This document shows, one piece after another, positions 29,854 to 40,132 of a stretch of DNA of 64,000 nucleotides. Position numbers and translations under genes: made by a program. The notes beneath the pieces are model-generated. The model saw only the letters and a list, made by a program, of their open reading frames with translations. It had not been told where the DNA came from and searched no databases. This DNA comes from an uncultured Pelagibacteraceae bacterium. GTDB lineage: Bacteria > Pseudomonadota > Alphaproteobacteria > Pelagibacterales > Pelagibacteraceae. Every line of letters starts with the position of its first letter. The first letter of the stretch is position 1. The DNA lies in the NCBI GenBank assembly GCA_902591775.1, contig CACJBW010000004.1, positions 6,511 through 70,510 of the forward strand. The letters are read 5' to 3'.

Positions 29854-30669
29854 ATGAGTAAAAATTTAGATAAATCAGGCATAAAATCGATATTCAGTGA
29901 ATATGACTTATTTTTCATTGATATCTGGGGAGTAGTTCATAACGGAATAAAGCTGTATGAGAATGCTGTCAAAGTTTTAGATGAATTATATAACAATGAA
30001 AAAAAATTCATATTATTAACAAATGCTCCAAGACCTAATCAAACAGTAATTAATACTCTAAAAAAAATGGGGTTAAATAATTTTTCAGATACAGTTTTTA
30101 CATCTGGAGAAGCATCAAAGAAATATCTGTTAGAAAATTTTAACAATAAAAAATTTTTTCACTTAGGACCCCCAAGAGATTTTGACTTATTTAAAACTTT
30201 TGAAGATTGTAAAGTACATAATATAGATGACTCGGATTATTTATTATGTTCAGGTCTTTTTGAAGAGCACGAAGATGATTTGGAGTATTACAAAAATCTG
30301 TTATCAAAACATATAACCAAAAAAATGATATGTACCAACCCTGATTTAATAGTTGATCGAGGAGACAAAAGAGAATACTGCGCAGGCTCTATTGCAAAAT
30401 CATTTGAAGAAATTAATGGTGAGGTGATTTACTTTGGCAAACCCCATCCTCCTGTTTATGAAATTGCAACAAATATAAATGACAAAAAAATATTATGTAT
30501 TGGAGATAATTTAAATACAGATATAAAGGGTGCTAACATTCAAAATTTCGACTCATTACTTATTACAGGTGGTATACACAGACACGAAATTTCAAAATTA
30601 TCAATTGATAATGTTGTTAAAAATTATGATGCAAAAATTAATTATTTTCAGAAAGAATTAAAATGGTGA
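29854..30669 (+). CDS. HAD-superfamily subfamily IIA hydrolase (TIGR01459-like)
   Basis: DIWGVVHNG, LTNAPRP, CTNPD, GKP, IGDNLNTDI. Confidence 0.9.
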   Translation: MSKNLDKSGIKSIFSEYDLFFIDIWGVVHNGIKLYENAVKVLDELYNNEKKFILLTNAPRPNQTVINTLKKMGLNNFSDTVFTSGEASKKYLLENFNNKKFFHLGPPRDFDLFKTFEDCKVHNIDDSDYLLCSGLFEEHEDDLEYYKNLLSKHITKKMICTNPDLIVDRGDKREYCAGSIAKSFEEINGEVIYFGKPHPPVYEIATNINDKKILCIGDNLNTDIKGANIQNFDSLLITGGIHRHEISKLSIDNVVKNYDAKINYFQKELKW

Positions 30670-31592
30670 AGAGATTTAATATTTTTAATAATTTTAATAT
30701 TCCAAACAAATTTAAAAAATCAATTATCTTGATTGGTAATTTTGATGGCTTGCATTCAGGACATCAAAAATTATTTAAATTAGCAAAAAAATATAAAATA
30801 AAATATAAATCTAAAGTAGGCGTTGTTACCTTCGATCCTATACCTAAAATGTTTTTTAATACAAAAATTAAAAACTATAGAATATCAAATTTTAATCAAA
30901 AGGTTATTTATCTAAAAAAATTTGGTGTTGATTTTATAATTAATAAAAAATTTGACAAAAATTTTTCAAAAATAAACTACTATAAATTCATAAAAGACAT
31001 TTTATCAAGAAAACTTAGATCAAAATTTATATTTGTTAGTAATAACTTTAGGTTCGGCCATAAGAGAGCAGGTGATGTAGCACTACTTAAAAAATATGAG
31101 AATGATTTTGATTATAATCTAGTAAATCCAACTCCTTTGATGAAAAATAAAAAAATAATTTCATCAACAATTATAAGAAAGTTACTTGAAGAGGGAATGC
31201 TATCAAAAGCAAATACTTTTTTAAAAAGAAACTGGGAAATTGAGGGAAAAGTTCAAAGAGGTAGAATGTTGGGGCAAAAAATTGGATTTCCAACCTGCAA
31301 CATCGATATTGGAAATTATGTTATAGCAAAACCCGGAGTTTATGCTGTTAAAATTAGAATTAATTATAGAAAAAAATTTTATAAAGGAATTGCCAATTTA
31401 GGTTATAGACCCACATTTAATCAAAAAAAAATACTTCTAGAGGTAAATATTTTTAATTTTTCAGGAAATCTTTATAATAAAAAATTATCTGTAGAATTTT
31501 TAAAATTTATAAGAGGAGAAAAAAAATTCAAAGGTATCAGTGAATTAAAAAATCAAATTAAAAAGGATATTTTGAAAGCTAAAAGAACATAA
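30663..31592 (+). CDS. ribF: Riboflavin kinase / FAD synthetase
   Basis: IGNFDGLHSGHQ, FRFG, ISST.IR, G..IGFPTCN. Confidence 0.95.
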   Translation: MVKRFNIFNNFNIPNKFKKSIILIGNFDGLHSGHQKLFKLAKKYKIKYKSKVGVVTFDPIPKMFFNTKIKNYRISNFNQKVIYLKKFGVDFIINKKFDKNFSKINYYKFIKDILSRKLRSKFIFVSNNFRFGHKRAGDVALLKKYENDFDYNLVNPTPLMKNKKIISSTIIRKLLEEGMLSKANTFLKRNWEIEGKVQRGRMLGQKIGFPTCNIDIGNYVIAKPGVYAVKIRINYRKKFYKGIANLGYRPTFNQKKILLEVNIFNFSGNLYNKKLSVEFLKFIRGEKKFKGISELKNQIKKDILKAKRT

Positions 31593-34333
31593 TGAGCAAA
31601 GAACATTTAAATTTACCTAAAACTGCTTTTTCTATGAAAGCGAATCTTCCAAGTAAAGAGCCAGAATATTTAAAATTTTGGGACAAGATAAATCTATATG
31701 AAAAACTAAGATCTCAAAGCAAAGGTAAAGAAAAATTTGTCTTACATGATGGACCACCATATGCAAATGGAAATATTCATATGGGCACTGCCCTAAACAA
31801 AATTCTAAAAGATATAATTATTAAATTTCATCAAATGGATGGTAAAGACTCAGTTTATGTACCTGGATGGGACTGTCATGGCTTACCAATTGAATGGAAA
31901 ATTGAGGAACAATACAAAAAAAATAAAAAAAATAAAAATGATGTACCTATTATTGAGTTTAGAAAAGAATGTAGAGATTTTGCAAGTAAATGGATTAATA
32001 TTCATAAAGATCAATTTAAAAGACTAGGGGTAATTGGAGATTGGGAAAACTATTACTCAACTATGAGTTTTGATGCAGAAGCTCAAATTGTAAGAGAACT
32101 TGGAAAATTTTTAAAAGAGGGTAGTTTGTACAAGGGTTATAAACCTGTTTTATGGTCAACAGTTGAAAAAACAGCTTTAGCAGATGCAGAAGTTGAATAT
32201 AAAGACCATGTATCTGATACAATCTTTGTAGCCTTTCCAGTTAAAAAATCTAATATCCAAGAACTAATTGGTTCGAACATTATTATTTGGACTACAACAC
32301 CGTGGACCATACCAGCTAATAAAGCATTAGCATATAACCAAAGTTTGGATTATGTTTTATGTGATATAGATAACAAAGATATATTAAAAAACGAAAAAAT
32401 AGTTATTGCAAAAGAACTTTTGCCATCTGTTGCAAAAGACACTGACTACAAAATTAAGATATTAAAAGAATTTAAAGGAAAAGAATTTGAAGGAACTATT
32501 TGTAGCCATCCATTTCACAAAATTGGATATGAATATGATGTTCCAATGCTCGAAGCAAGATTTGTGACAACTGAACAAGGAACAGGAATTGTTCATTGTG
32601 CTCCTAGCCATGGACCTGATGATTTTAATTTGTGTATCAATAATGGAATAAAAGCAATTGAAACAGTGGATGATGATGGAAGGTACACGAAACACATACC
32701 TATATTTGAAGGAACTCATATTTTTAAAGCAAATGATATTGTTATAGAAAAGCTTAAAGAACTAAAAGGTCTTTTAAACAATGGGAAACTAACACATTCT
32801 TACCCGCATTCTTGGAGATCAAAAGCTCCTTTAGTTCACAGAGCAACACCCCAATGGTTCATTTCAATGGAAAGTCATAAGCTAAGAGATAAAGCACTTA
32901 AAGCAATAAATGATACCACTTTTTATCCAAGCAAAGGAAAAGAAAGAATTAAAGCAATGATCGAGACAAGGCCAGATTGGTGTGTCTCTAGACAAAGAGT
33001 TTGGGGAGTTCCACTTCCGATATTTATTTCTAAAAAAAATGGAGAAATTCTTATTGATGAGGAAGTTTTTGAAAATATTGCAAAAATTTATGAAAAAGAA
33101 GGTTCAGACTGTTGGTTTGAAGATAATTTTCAGAGACTGCTCGGTAACAAATATAAAGCAGAGGATTTTGATAAGACTAGTGATATCGTAGAAGTATGGT
33201 TTGACAGTGGATCAACTCATTCTTTTGTTTTAGAAAAGAGAGAAGATTTAAAATGGCCTGCTTCAATGTATCTAGAGGGTTCAGATCAACATAGAGGATG
33301 GTTTCACTCCTCGCTGTTAGAATCTTGTGGAACAAGAGGTAGAGCACCATTTGAAAGTATTTTATCCCACGGGTTTGTTGTTGATGGAAAAGGACTTAAA
33401 ATGTCTAAATCAACTGGAAATGTTATTGCCCCAGAAGATATTTTAAAAAAATATGGTGCCGATATACTCAGAATTTGGGTTGCCTCATCAAATTATGCTG
33501 AGGACTTAAGAATAGACTATTCAATTTTAGACCAGCACTCTGAGTCTTATAGAAAAATAAGAAATACTTTCAGATATCTTTTAGGAAATATACAAGATGA
33601 ATATTCAAAAGTAGATTTTGATAAAATTGATTTAAATAACATTCCAGAATTAGAAAAGTATATGCTGCATAGATTATATCTGATAGATGAGAGTTTTAAC
33701 AAATACTTTAAGTCATACAATTTTCATAATTTATATAAAGAATTATTAAATTTTTGTACTGTAGAACTCTCAGCATTTTATTTCGATATTAGAAAAGATC
33801 TACTTTATTGTGATCCAAAAGACTCAAAAAAGCGTTCAGATTGTATCTTAATTTTAAAAGTAATTTTAGAATGTTTATTAAAATGGTTTGCACCAATCTT
33901 ATCATTTACTACTGAAGAAATTTATCATTTAATTCATAAGGAAGATAATAAAGGAAGTATTCATTTACAAAAATTTGTTAAAATTCCAAATAAATGGAAA
34001 AATGAAGAATTGAACAATAAATGGAATAAACTTAAATTGATTAGAGACGAAGCAAACATTAGTATTGAAAGTAAAAGGGCAGATAAAATTATTGGTTCAA
34101 GTTTAGAGGCAAACATTGAGATAAAAATTAAAGATAAAGACATGTATAGTTTGGCTCAGAATTATGATTTTTCTGAAATTTGCATTACATCTTCTGCTTC
34201 CATCTTGAATGATAACAACTTAGAAAAAGAAATTGAGATCAATAGTTCAAAAGCTGTTGGGAATAAGTGCCCAGTTTGTTGGAAAATTAGAGAAAATATT
34301 TGTGAAAGAGATGGTAACTGTCATCTTTCATGA
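31592..34333 (+). CDS. ileS: Isoleucyl-tRNA synthetase
   Basis: LHDGPPYANG.IHMG, WTTTPWT, KMSKS. Confidence 0.98.
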   Translation: MSKEHLNLPKTAFSMKANLPSKEPEYLKFWDKINLYEKLRSQSKGKEKFVLHDGPPYANGNIHMGTALNKILKDIIIKFHQMDGKDSVYVPGWDCHGLPIEWKIEEQYKKNKKNKNDVPIIEFRKECRDFASKWINIHKDQFKRLGVIGDWENYYSTMSFDAEAQIVRELGKFLKEGSLYKGYKPVLWSTVEKTALADAEVEYKDHVSDTIFVAFPVKKSNIQELIGSNIIIWTTTPWTIPANKALAYNQSLDYVLCDIDNKDILKNEKIVIAKELLPSVAKDTDYKIKILKEFKGKEFEGTICSHPFHKIGYEYDVPMLEARFVTTEQGTGIVHCAPSHGPDDFNLCINNGIKAIETVDDDGRYTKHIPIFEGTHIFKANDIVIEKLKELKGLLNNGKLTHSYPHSWRSKAPLVHRATPQWFISMESHKLRDKALKAINDTTFYPSKGKERIKAMIETRPDWCVSRQRVWGVPLPIFISKKNGEILIDEEVFENIAKIYEKEGSDCWFEDNFQRLLGNKYKAEDFDKTSDIVEVWFDSGSTHSFVLEKREDLKWPASMYLEGSDQHRGWFHSSLLESCGTRGRAPFESILSHGFVVDGKGLKMSKSTGNVIAPEDILKKYGADILRIWVASSNYAEDLRIDYSILDQHSESYRKIRNTFRYLLGNIQDEYSKVDFDKIDLNNIPELEKYMLHRLYLIDESFNKYFKSYNFHNLYKELLNFCTVELSAFYFDIRKDLLYCDPKDSKKRSDCILILKVILECLLKWFAPILSFTTEEIYHLIHKEDNKGSIHLQKFVKIPNKWKNEELNNKWNKLKLIRDEANISIESKRADKIIGSSLEANIEIKIKDKDMYSLAQNYDFSEICITSSASILNDNNLEKEIEINSSKAVGNKCPVCWKIRENICERDGNCHLS

Positions 34334-34821
34334 AAAGTGAAACTATAAAAAAAATAGTAATAAGTATTATCATTTTATTATCCATTTTCTTATTAGATAG
34401 AATATCAAAAATACTTATTCTAAATATACTAGAGGAAACTGGACAAGTAGATATTTATATAAACTCATTTTTAAATTTTTATTTAGTTTGGAATAAAGGA
34501 ATAGGTTTTGGCTTGTTATCCTCGGATCAGGATTTTTTTTATAATGTAGTTACTATTTTAATTATTTTAATTAATTTTGTGATAATTTATCTATTATTTA
34601 AGGAAAAAGGATTAAAGTATTATTTTTTAATTGTTATTTTAGGTGGCTCGTTAGGTAATCTATTTGATAGAATATATTATAGTGCTGTACCAGACTTTTT
34701 TGACTTAAATTATAATGGATATCATTGGTTTATTTTCAACGTGGCTGATATATTTATTACTATTGGAATTATTTTACTTATTCTGGCTGAATTAATAAGT
34801 TATAAAAAAGTAAATGATTAA
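34330..34821 (+). CDS. lspA: Lipoprotein signal peptidase II
   Basis: WNKGIGFG, GGSLGNLFDR, AVPDF, FNVAD. Confidence 0.95.
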   Translation: MKSETIKKIVISIIILLSIFLLDRISKILILNILEETGQVDIYINSFLNFYLVWNKGIGFGLLSSDQDFFYNVVTILIILINFVIIYLLFKEKGLKYYFLIVILGGSLGNLFDRIYYSAVPDFFDLNYNGYHWFIFNVADIFITIGIILLILAELISYKKVND

Positions 34822-35140
34822 ATTCTTTAAAATTTCTAAGTTATTATTCCTCTTATTATTTTTATATTCATGTGGTTCCGTTGGAGAAGCTTTACAAGGA
34901 AAAAAAAGATCAGATCAAGGAGATGAGTTTTTAATAGATAAAAAAAATCCATTAGCAATGCCTCCAGATTTTGATAAATTACCAAAACCAGGCGAAGCAA
35001 ATGTAAAATCTACCAAAGACATTGAAGGTGATAAATCAAACATAAAAGATTTACTAAAGAAGAGTGATATTGAAGAAGATGCTTCATCTTCAGGACAATC
35101 CACATCTATTGAAAGCTCAATATTGAAAAAAATTAAGTAA
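34814..35140 (+). CDS. DUF3035-type lipoprotein
   Basis: Lipobox LYSC; DEFLIDKKNPLAMPPDF..LPKP; downstream of lspA. Confidence 0.8.
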   Translation: MIKFFKISKLLFLLLFLYSCGSVGEALQGKKRSDQGDEFLIDKKNPLAMPPDFDKLPKPGEANVKSTKDIEGDKSNIKDLLKKSDIEEDASSSGQSTSIESSILKKIK

Positions 35141-35144
35141 GTAA

Positions 35145-36314
35145 ATGTTTTCAAAAAATATTATTTTTAAAAATTTCCAGATTAAAAAAAATATAAAAGA
35201 AAAAAAAAAAATTAATAAAATTTTAAAAAAAGACTTAATAATAAGTTTTCGGCTGTTAAATACATTTAATAAAAATTACAAATATAGTTATAAAAAAGAA
35301 ATTTTAAAAAAATATAAAAAATTTGACTCCATAAATCTAATTGGTATGGGTGGCTCAATTTTAGGCACAGAGGCAATATATGATTTCTTAAATTTTAAGA
35401 TTAAAAAAAAAATAAATTTTTATAATAATCTTGATAGAAAAATCAATTTTAAAAATAAGAAAAAAACTTTAAATTTAGTAATATCAAAATCTGGCAACAC
35501 ACTTGAGACCATATCTAACTTCAATTTAATTCTTAATTCACAAAAAAAAAATAAAAATATAGTAATCACAGAGAAAAAATCTAGTTTTCTCACGGAACTT
35601 GGAAATAAACTTAAGGCAGATATTATAGAACATAAAAATTATATCGGAGGAAGATATTCAGTTTTATCTGAAGTTGGAATGTTGCCAGCAGAATTGCTAG
35701 GACTAAATGAAAGAAAATTTAAAGGGCTTAATTATTTAATAAAAAATAAATATTTTCTAAACCAATTGATTTATAACGTTAATTTCATATTTTACTGCAT
35801 TTCAAAAGGAAAAAAAAATTCAGTAATTCTTAACTATGATGAAAGTTCTAATAATTTATTCAAATGGTACCAGCAACTTACGGCAGAAAGTTTAGGAAAA
35901 GACAATAAAGGTATTTTTCCGATTATTTCGTCTATGCCCAAGGATAATCATAGCTTGCTTCAACTTTATTTAGACGGACCAAAAAATAATTTTTTTACAT
36001 TTTTTGGAATTATAAATGAAAAAACAAATAAACTATCTAATAGAAATTTATTTGACGAATTTTCAATTTTAAAAAATAAAAATTTAAATCAAATTATCAA
36101 AGCACAAAGACAGGCAACACAACTGGTTTTTAAAAGAAAAAAAATACCTTTTAGAAGTTTTGAAATTTTGAGTAAAAATGAGGAAACTTTAGGAGAATTA
36201 TTTACTTTTTTTGTTCTAGAGACAATTTTGTTGGGCAGGCTAATGGAAGTAAATCCTTTTGATCAACCTTCTGTTGAGTTAATTAAAAATGAAACTTCAA
36301 AATTACTTATTTAA
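35145..36314 (+). CDS. pgi: Glucose-6-phosphate isomerase (short form)
   Basis: IGMGGSILG, ISKSGNTLET, IGGRYSV, QLTAESLGK, NPFDQPSVE. Confidence 0.9.
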   Translation: MFSKNIIFKNFQIKKNIKEKKKINKILKKDLIISFRLLNTFNKNYKYSYKKEILKKYKKFDSINLIGMGGSILGTEAIYDFLNFKIKKKINFYNNLDRKINFKNKKKTLNLVISKSGNTLETISNFNLILNSQKKNKNIVITEKKSSFLTELGNKLKADIIEHKNYIGGRYSVLSEVGMLPAELLGLNERKFKGLNYLIKNKYFLNQLIYNVNFIFYCISKGKKNSVILNYDESSNNLFKWYQQLTAESLGKDNKGIFPIISSMPKDNHSLLQLYLDGPKNNFFTFFGIINEKTNKLSNRNLFDEFSILKNKNLNQIIKAQRQATQLVFKRKKIPFRSFEILSKNEETLGELFTFFVLETILLGRLMEVNPFDQPSVELIKNETSKLLI

Positions 36315-36874
36315 ATTAATTTACTGAATAAAATTTTAGACAAACCATAATTCTTTTCATCCAAAACATTTAAAAACTTTGAAATATTATCCGCCGACTT
36401 TTTATTTCGGTGTATAATTATTAATGTATTTATATCAGCTATTTTAAGTAATTTTATTTGATTAATTAAATTATGAATTTCTTTGTCTTTGAAAGGTGGA
36501 TCTAGAAAAATTACATCAAAAATTTCATTCTCTAAATTTGTCTCTTTTAAATTATATGCATTACTTTCATATACTTTAGTTTTGCTCTCTAACTTTAAAT
36601 TAAATATGTTATTTCTTAAAATTTTAATCGAATTTGAATAATTCTCGAAGAAAATTACTTCTTGAGCTCCTCTTGATAAACACTCAATTCCAAATGAACC
36701 AGTACCAGAAAATAAATCTAATACTTTAGAGTTATTTATATTTTTAGAAACTTTACTTGAATGATCTAAAATATTGAAAATTGACTCTCTCACCATATCC
36801 CTCAATGGCCTGGTAGATTTATCCAGAGGAATTAATAACTTTTTTCCCTTAAGACTTCCCCCTATGACTCTCAT
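36311..36874 (-). CDS. rsmD: 16S rRNA m2G966 methyltransferase
   Basis: MRVIGG, TRP...VRESIFN, LDLFSGTG, FLDPPF. Confidence 0.93.
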   Translation of the reverse strand: MRVIGGSLKGKKLLIPLDKSTRPLRDMVRESIFNILDHSSKVSKNINNSKVLDLFSGTGSFGIECLSRGAQEVIFFENYSNSIKILRNNIFNLKLESKTKVYESNAYNLKETNLENEIFDVIFLDPPFKDKEIHNLINQIKLLKIADINTLIIIHRNKKSADNISKFLNVLDEKNYGLSKILFSKLI

Positions 36875-38136
36875 TAATCTACAATTTTATATCCAATATC
36901 TTTACGATAAAAACCGTTTACCCAATTTAGATTTTCAATTTCTTTGATTACTTTGTCTCTTGAGGACTTAAAATTATCAGAGATACTAACAAAATTTAGC
37001 ACTCTCCCTCCGTTAGCAAATACTTTGTTATCTTTTTTTTCTGTCCCTGCATGATAAATAAAAAATGAATCAGTATTCTTTATTTTTTCGATGTTTGGTA
37101 TCTCAATATTTTCTTTATAAATATCTGGATATCCATTAGAGCAAAGGACTACACACATACTTTTTTTTTCTTCCCAAAGAATGTTTTGTTTTTCTAAAGT
37201 TTCATCACAACAAGATAAAATTATATCCAATAAATCAGTAGCTAAAAGTGGTAAAATTGTTTGACATTCTGGGTCTCCCATTCTAACGTTATACTCAATA
37301 AGGTAAGGATTATTGTTTTTAATCATAAGACCAACATATAAAAATCCTTTATAGTTTTCTCCCATATTTTTAATAGCCTCAAAAGTAGGATTAACAATTT
37401 CTGTAATTATTTTTTTATCTAGGTCTGCATTTATAAGACCAGAAGGTGAATATGCCCCCATTCCCCCCGTGTTTTTTCCTTTATCTCCTTCACCAACTCT
37501 CTTATGATCTTGAGCAGTATTAAATCTCTTATATGTTTTTCCATCTGAAAGTACGAAATAACTCATTTCATCTCCCTGCAAAAATTCTTCAATGAGAACT
37601 TGTTCAGCTAAACCAAATTTTCCATTAAATATTTCTTGAACTGCTTTTTTTGAACTTTCTAAATCCTCACAAATATAAACACCTTTACCAGCAGCTAATC
37701 CATCTGCTTTAACCACTATAGGCATATTTGCATTTTTTAAATATGAATAAGCATCAGTATCAGTTTTAAATACCCCAAATTGTGCAGTAGGGATGTTGTA
37801 CTTTTCACATATTTTCTTTGTAAATATTTTTGAACCTTCTAATTGTGAAACTTTTTTATTTGGACCAAAAACTTTTACATTTTCTTTTAAAAGAAAATCA
37901 ACAACACCATCAACTAGAGGTTTTTCTGGTCCTACTATAACTAAATCAATATTTTTTTTTTTTATAAATTTCAATAGACTTTCAAAATTGTAAAAATCCA
38001 GTTCTACATTCTCTGCTATTGAGCTAGTGCCAGCATTACCTGGTATACAATATAATTTTTTCAGTTTAGGGGATTTTGAGATTTTACTTGCTATTGCATG
38101 TTCTCTACCACCATTTCCAAGAATTGCAATTTTCAT
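36874..38136 (-). CDS. purD: Phosphoribosylamine--glycine ligase
   Basis: GNGGREHA, VGPE, KADGLAAGKGV, QDHKR, NTGGMGAYSP. Confidence 0.97.
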   Translation of the reverse strand: MKIAILGNGGREHAIASKISKSPKLKKLYCIPGNAGTSSIAENVELDFYNFESLLKFIKKKNIDLVIVGPEKPLVDGVVDFLLKENVKVFGPNKKVSQLEGSKIFTKKICEKYNIPTAQFGVFKTDTDAYSYLKNANMPIVVKADGLAAGKGVYICEDLESSKKAVQEIFNGKFGLAEQVLIEEFLQGDEMSYFVLSDGKTYKRFNTAQDHKRVGEGDKGKNTGGMGAYSPSGLINADLDKKIITEIVNPTFEAIKNMGENYKGFLYVGLMIKNNNPYLIEYNVRMGDPECQTILPLLATDLLDIILSCCDETLEKQNILWEEKKSMCVVLCSNGYPDIYKENIEIPNIEKIKNTDSFFIYHAGTEKKDNKVFANGGRVLNFVSISDNFKSSRDKVIKEIENLNWVNGFYRKDIGYKIVD

Positions 38137-38162
38137 ATATTTAAATATATATCCTATAAATT

Positions 38163-38354
38163 ATGAACAAGTTAGCAAAATTAAAATATCTACCAAATAA
38201 TTTTGATATTATTGAAGAAGGTGACCATGTTATTTGTGCAGTTTCAGGGAAAAAAATTTCACTACAGAATTTGAATTATTGGAATGTTGAAGAACAAGAG
38301 GCTTACTTTTCTTATGTTGAAGCCTCAATAAAAAAAGAAAAAAATACTAAATAA
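38163..38354 (+). CDS. DUF2093 family small protein
   Basis: GDHVICAVSG..I.L..L.YW.VE.QEAY. Confidence 0.82.
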   Translation: MNKLAKLKYLPNNFDIIEEGDHVICAVSGKKISLQNLNYWNVEEQEAYFSYVEASIKKEKNTK

Positions 38355-38357
38355 TGT

Positions 38358-39218
38358 TTATTTTTTCCACCTATTGTGTGTCCAAATCCATTGATCAGGA
38401 TTCTTTAGTATCATTTTCTCTAAGATCGAATTTAAATGTTCAGAAATTTCCTCTTGAGACTTTTCCGAATTGATTGCTATTGGCTCAGACACGTACATTT
38501 TAAAGTTATATTTCTCCAATCTTTCAATATAAATTGGAACCAAATCGCATTCATATTTTTTTATAATTTGAGCCGGTATAGTGGTGGTAGATGCTAAGTT
38601 TCCAAAGAAATTAATCTTTATACCTTCGGTAACTCTTTGATCAATCATTAAGGCTATTGAGTTACCTTTTTTTAAATTTTCTAAAATTCGTCTAGTGCCT
38701 AATCTTCCTTTCCTAATTTGATTTCTGCAAATATACTTGGTTCGTATCCTTTCCATTGTTTTATTTAAAAAAATATTATTAAGCGGTCTATATATTGCTG
38801 CTAAATTTATTCCATACTTCTCAATTTGCATGGCCATAAGTTCAAAATTGTTAAAATGTCCAGAGATAAAAACAACAGGCTTCTTCTTATTTTTAACTTT
38901 ATCTAAATTTTCTAAACCATCTATTCTAATAAAATGCTCTAACTGGTTATTTCTAAAATCTTTTAAAAATGGATATTCTGCTAAAATCCGCCCGTAGTTT
39001 CCTAAAATGTTATTAACAAATTGGTTATCAGAAATATTTATCGAAATTTTAGATTTATGTAAATTGTCAATTATGGACCTCTTTTTTCTAAAAAAATTTC
39101 CAAAATTTTTCCCAATAAAAAAACCCAAATTAGATGCTGATTTATATCCTATAACTTTACATATAATAAATAAAAATTCTACCAATATGAACTCAACAAA
39201 ATATATTATTTTTTTCAT
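38358..39218 (-). CDS. lpxL: Lipid A late acyltransferase (LpxL/HtrB family)
   Basis: SGHFNNFE, IYRPLNN, MIDQ, PDQWIWTHNRWK. Confidence 0.9.
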   Translation of the reverse strand: MKKIIYFVEFILVEFLFIICKVIGYKSASNLGFFIGKNFGNFFRKKRSIIDNLHKSKISINISDNQFVNNILGNYGRILAEYPFLKDFRNNQLEHFIRIDGLENLDKVKNKKKPVVFISGHFNNFELMAMQIEKYGINLAAIYRPLNNIFLNKTMERIRTKYICRNQIRKGRLGTRRILENLKKGNSIALMIDQRVTEGIKINFFGNLASTTTIPAQIIKKYECDLVPIYIERLEKYNFKMYVSEPIAINSEKSQEEISEHLNSILEKMILKNPDQWIWTHNRWKK

Positions 39219-40132
39219 ATTTTTTCTTTTAAAAAATTTAAAAAATTTTTATAATTTTCTATTTGTAACTCTACTTTTAAGAATTTAATATTTTTTTTAT
39301 TATAATTTGTAAGTCTTTTATAATCTTTCTCTGTAGTGATGATTTCTAATTTATCATTTAAAGCATTTTTTTTTATTTTCTCTATATCGTCATTTGTATA
39401 ATTATGATGATCAGGAAATATGAATTTTTTTGATATTTTAAACTTATATTTATTAAGTGTGTTTTCAAACTCCTCTGGATTTCCAATTCCACAAAAATAT
39501 ACGTAACTTTTTTTTCTGTTGAAGCTTTTTATATTGATTGGAACATATTTTGAATAAAATATTTTATTATTAAACTTTTTTAATATTGATAAAAGTTTTG
39601 TATTTTTTTTTTCACCAACTAAAAAAATTGCACTATATTTTTTTAATATTTCTAGTTTTTCCCTTAAAGGTCCCGCTGGAAGTAAATATCCATTGCCAAT
39701 ACCATAAGTCGAGTTAAAGCAAGCAATTGATATGTCATAATCTATTTTTTTGTCTTGTAAACCATCATCTAAAATGGCTACATCGAATTTTTTTAGCTCA
39801 GCTTTATCTAAACTTATACATCTATTTTCGTCACTAATTAGCTTTCCATGAGCCCTAAGTATTTTTCTTTCATCTACTTGATCTAAATATCTTTTTTTAA
39901 TAAATACTGTTTTAAATTTATTCTTTAAAATTTTATTTATTTGTATACTTAGAGAAGTTTTGCCAGTTCCACCAATATAAATATTTCCCACGCATATAGT
40001 TTTGATTTTATATTTTTTTTTAAATAAAAAATTTTTACCAAAATTTATTAAAATAACAAAAATTGTAAAAGGAGTTAATAAATAAGAAATAAAATTTTTA
40101 TCATTTAAATATAATGGCTTTATAAACTTCAT
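39215..40132 (-). CDS. lpxK: Tetraacyldisaccharide 4'-kinase
   Basis: VGNIYIGGTGKT, ILDDGLQ, LPAGPLRE, FPDHH, TTEKD. Confidence 0.95.
   Translation of the reverse strand: MKFIKPLYLNDKNFISYLLTPFTIFVILINFGKNFLFKKKYKIKTICVGNIYIGGTGKTSLSIQINKILKNKFKTVFIKKRYLDQVDERKILRAHGKLISDENRCISLDKAELKKFDVAILDDGLQDKKIDYDISIACFNSTYGIGNGYLLPAGPLREKLEILKKYSAIFLVGEKKNTKLLSILKKFNNKIFYSKYVPINIKSFNRKKSYVYFCGIGNPEEFENTLNKYKFKISKKFIFPDHHNYTNDDIEKIKKNALNDKLEIITTEKDYKRLTNYNKKNIKFLKVELQIENYKNFLNFLKEKI

Noticed and set aside
35145-36314. pgi as a truncated pseudogene
   Set aside because: Short (389 aa) but uninterrupted, with the recognisable PGI catalytic motifs in order
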